A DNA stretch of 64,000 nt from an uncultured delta proteobacterium (GTDB taxonomy: Bacteria; Myxococcota_A; Polyangia; Fen-1088): the NCBI GenBank assembly GCA_963767925.1, contig CAVYGB010000008.1, forward strand, positions 1,440,001 to 1,504,000, in the 5' to 3' direction. Under the pieces are notes generated by a model. The model had not been told where the DNA came from. It worked only from the letters and a program-made list of their open reading frames with translations, and ran no database searches. Of this stretch, positions 62,513 through 64,000 are shown one piece after another (within the stretch, counting starts at the first letter, position 1; every line of letters begins with the position of its first letter). The position numbers and the translations under genes are program-made.

Positions 62513-63415
62513 ATGATGTCACGGAACCGCGGGTGGCTCGGTCGACTGATGGCGCTCTGTATCGTCCTCGGAACTGCGGAGATGGCGGGGGCACAAGATG
62601 CGCCGCCACCGAAGCTGACCGATGTCCAGAAGCGCCAGACCACCGAACACTACGAGAAGGCCACCAAGCTCTACAACCTCGGCAAATACGCGGAGGCGAT
62701 CGCGGAGTACCAGGCGGCGTACCTCATCTCCGCGGATCCGGTGATGCTCTACAACATCGCCCAGTGCCACCGCCTCGGCGACCAGCCCGAGGAGGCGGCC
62801 CGTTTCTTCAAGAACTTCTTGAGGAATGCACCCAATACCTCTCGCAGGGCCGAGGTGGAGAAGAAGATCGAGGACATGGAACGGCTCGCGGACGAGCGGC
62901 GGCGGCAAGGGCCGCCCTCCACCCCCTCGACTGACCCCGGGCCCGGCCAGCCCGGCCCGCTCGCTCAGGTGCCCCCGCCCGTGACCCCGCTCGAGCTCCC
63001 GCCGGCCGGCCCGCCCCCCGGGCCTGCGCCCGAGGCCTCGGTCCAGCAGAGCTTGCCGCCACCCCCCGGCGAGCCACCCAGCCGGGTCGTGCCGATGTCC
63101 CTCATGATCGGGGGCGGCACCCTGGTGGCCACCTCGCTGGTCTTCGCGGCCGTGGCCGGCTCCAAGGCCAAGCAGGTCGAGGAGAAATCCCGAGCGAACA
63201 ACGCCCGCTTCGACGATTCCCTCAAGAGCCTCGAGAAGAGCGGGAAGGCCGCCAGCGGCCTCGCCGTGCTGAGCGGCCTGGCCGGGCTGGCGGCGGGAGG
63301 GATCGGCGCCTACCTCTGGTTCCGCTCGTCCCCCGGGGAAGCGCCCCCCAGCGCGGCCCTGTATCCCATCACAGGACCCGGGCTGGCCGGAGCCGGCTTC
63401 AACCTCCGCTTCTGA
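62513..63415 (+). CDS. Secreted TPR protein with a Pro-rich linker and C-terminal hydrophobic segments
   Basis: Signal peptide; HYEKATKLYNLGKYAEAIAEYQAAY...MLYNIAQCHR TPR; ends GAGFNLRF. Confidence 0.85.
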   Translation: MMSRNRGWLGRLMALCIVLGTAEMAGAQDAPPPKLTDVQKRQTTEHYEKATKLYNLGKYAEAIAEYQAAYLISADPVMLYNIAQCHRLGDQPEEAARFFKNFLRNAPNTSRRAEVEKKIEDMERLADERRRQGPPSTPSTDPGPGQPGPLAQVPPPVTPLELPPAGPPPGPAPEASVQQSLPPPPGEPPSRVVPMSLMIGGGTLVATSLVFAAVAGSKAKQVEEKSRANNARFDDSLKSLEKSGKAASGLAVLSGLAGLAAGGIGAYLWFRSSPGEAPPSAALYPITGPGLAGAGFNLRF

Positions 63416-63422
63416 GAGGCCC

Positions 63423-64000
63423 ATGCGCGCGCTGAACCGCTTCGCGAAACCGACCTTCGGGATCCTGGCCGCCCTGCTGGCGCCGGTTTCGATCTCGACC
63501 TGTTACAACCCCAACATCGAGGAAGGCGCCTTCCTCTGTGGCAACGACGGCTCCTGTCCCGACGGCTTTCGCTGCGTCGACATGCGGTGTTTCAAGTCCG
63601 GCTCTCCCGGGGACGGGGGCGGCCCGGACTCGGGCACCGACGCCCGCCAGTGTTCGCCCGCCACCGGCACGACCGGGTGTGATCCGGTCTGTCAGACCGG
63701 CTGCCAGTCCAGCGAGCAGTGCACGCACAACGGGTCGGACAACCTTTGCCGGGCGGCCAGCACGCCGGGTGAGGCGCTCTACGCCTCCTGCGACTCGCTC
63801 CAGGACCGCTGCCGCGCGGGCCTGGTCTGCCTGCCGGAGTTCACCGAGAACTGCGGCAGCCACTGCTACCGATTCTGCCGGGAGGACGTCGACTGCGGGG
63901 AGAACTCCCGCTGTGTCGGGCAGGTCTCCGACGAGGCGATGCGATCGCTGTACAAGACCTGCAGTCCCCGGGGCGGCAACTGCAATCCGACCGGCAGCAG
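63423..64000 (+). CDS. Cys-rich (lipo)protein, partial (runs off the right edge)
   Basis: My translation: MRALNRFAKPTFGILAALLAPVSISTCYNPNIEEGAFLCGNDGSCPDGFRC...CDPVCQTGC..., open to the window end. Confidence 0.75.
   Translation, partial: MRALNRFAKPTFGILAALLAPVSISTCYNPNIEEGAFLCGNDGSCPDGFRCVDMRCFKSGSPGDGGGPDSGTDARQCSPATGTTGCDPVCQTGCQSSEQCTHNGSDNLCRAASTPGEALYASCDSLQDRCRAGLVCLPEFTENCGSHCYRFCREDVDCGENSRCVGQVSDEAMRSLYKTCSPRGGNCNPTGS

Overview
This is a very GC-rich window that looks like Myxococcota. The evidence for that is a MYXO-CTERM-like sorting tail, Cys-rich MopE-type repeat proteins, a TIGR02266/PilZ-like domain and a Myxococcus-type LexA box; the taxon is inferred. Left part: a partial TPR-like gene, a frameshifted CheY-like receiver, a class II sirtuin, a PilZ-like/PEGA membrane protein, two orphan ABC ATPases (one strikingly like eukaryotic CAF16/ABCI19-21), a polysaccharide deacetylase, a zinc metallopeptidase, SpoIID, a TonB-family protein and lexA with tandem SOS boxes. 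Middle: a sigma54 response regulator followed by a type II secretion operon gspC-N with a clear sigma54 promoter and a shared enhancer-like palindrome. Then a sensor-less sigma54 activator, YceI-like and MutS-like genes, and a two-gene vWA/MopE-repeat/FGE-domain surface module. Right part: PilZ, HAD hydrolase, a leucine-catabolism-type cluster (HMG-CoA lyase, enoyl-CoA hydratase, carboxyltransferase), moeA, aroC, a lactonase, a compositionally foreign Cys-rich lipoprotein gene, an LTD-CotH-PA14 lipoprotein, speA, a three-gene cytochrome c / heme-porin / cytochrome c operon, orn, YihY, a radical SAM enzyme, a TPR protein and a partial Cys-rich lipoprotein. Several conserved genes (41.2-44.7 kb and 55.3-56.2 kb) carry clustered single-base indels that are most likely assembly errors. 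I saw no rRNA, tRNA, CRISPR array or transposase. The best candidate for an undescribed system is the Cyc2-like cytochrome-porin operon at 56.6-58.8 kb. All family calls come from reading motifs; no database searches were run.
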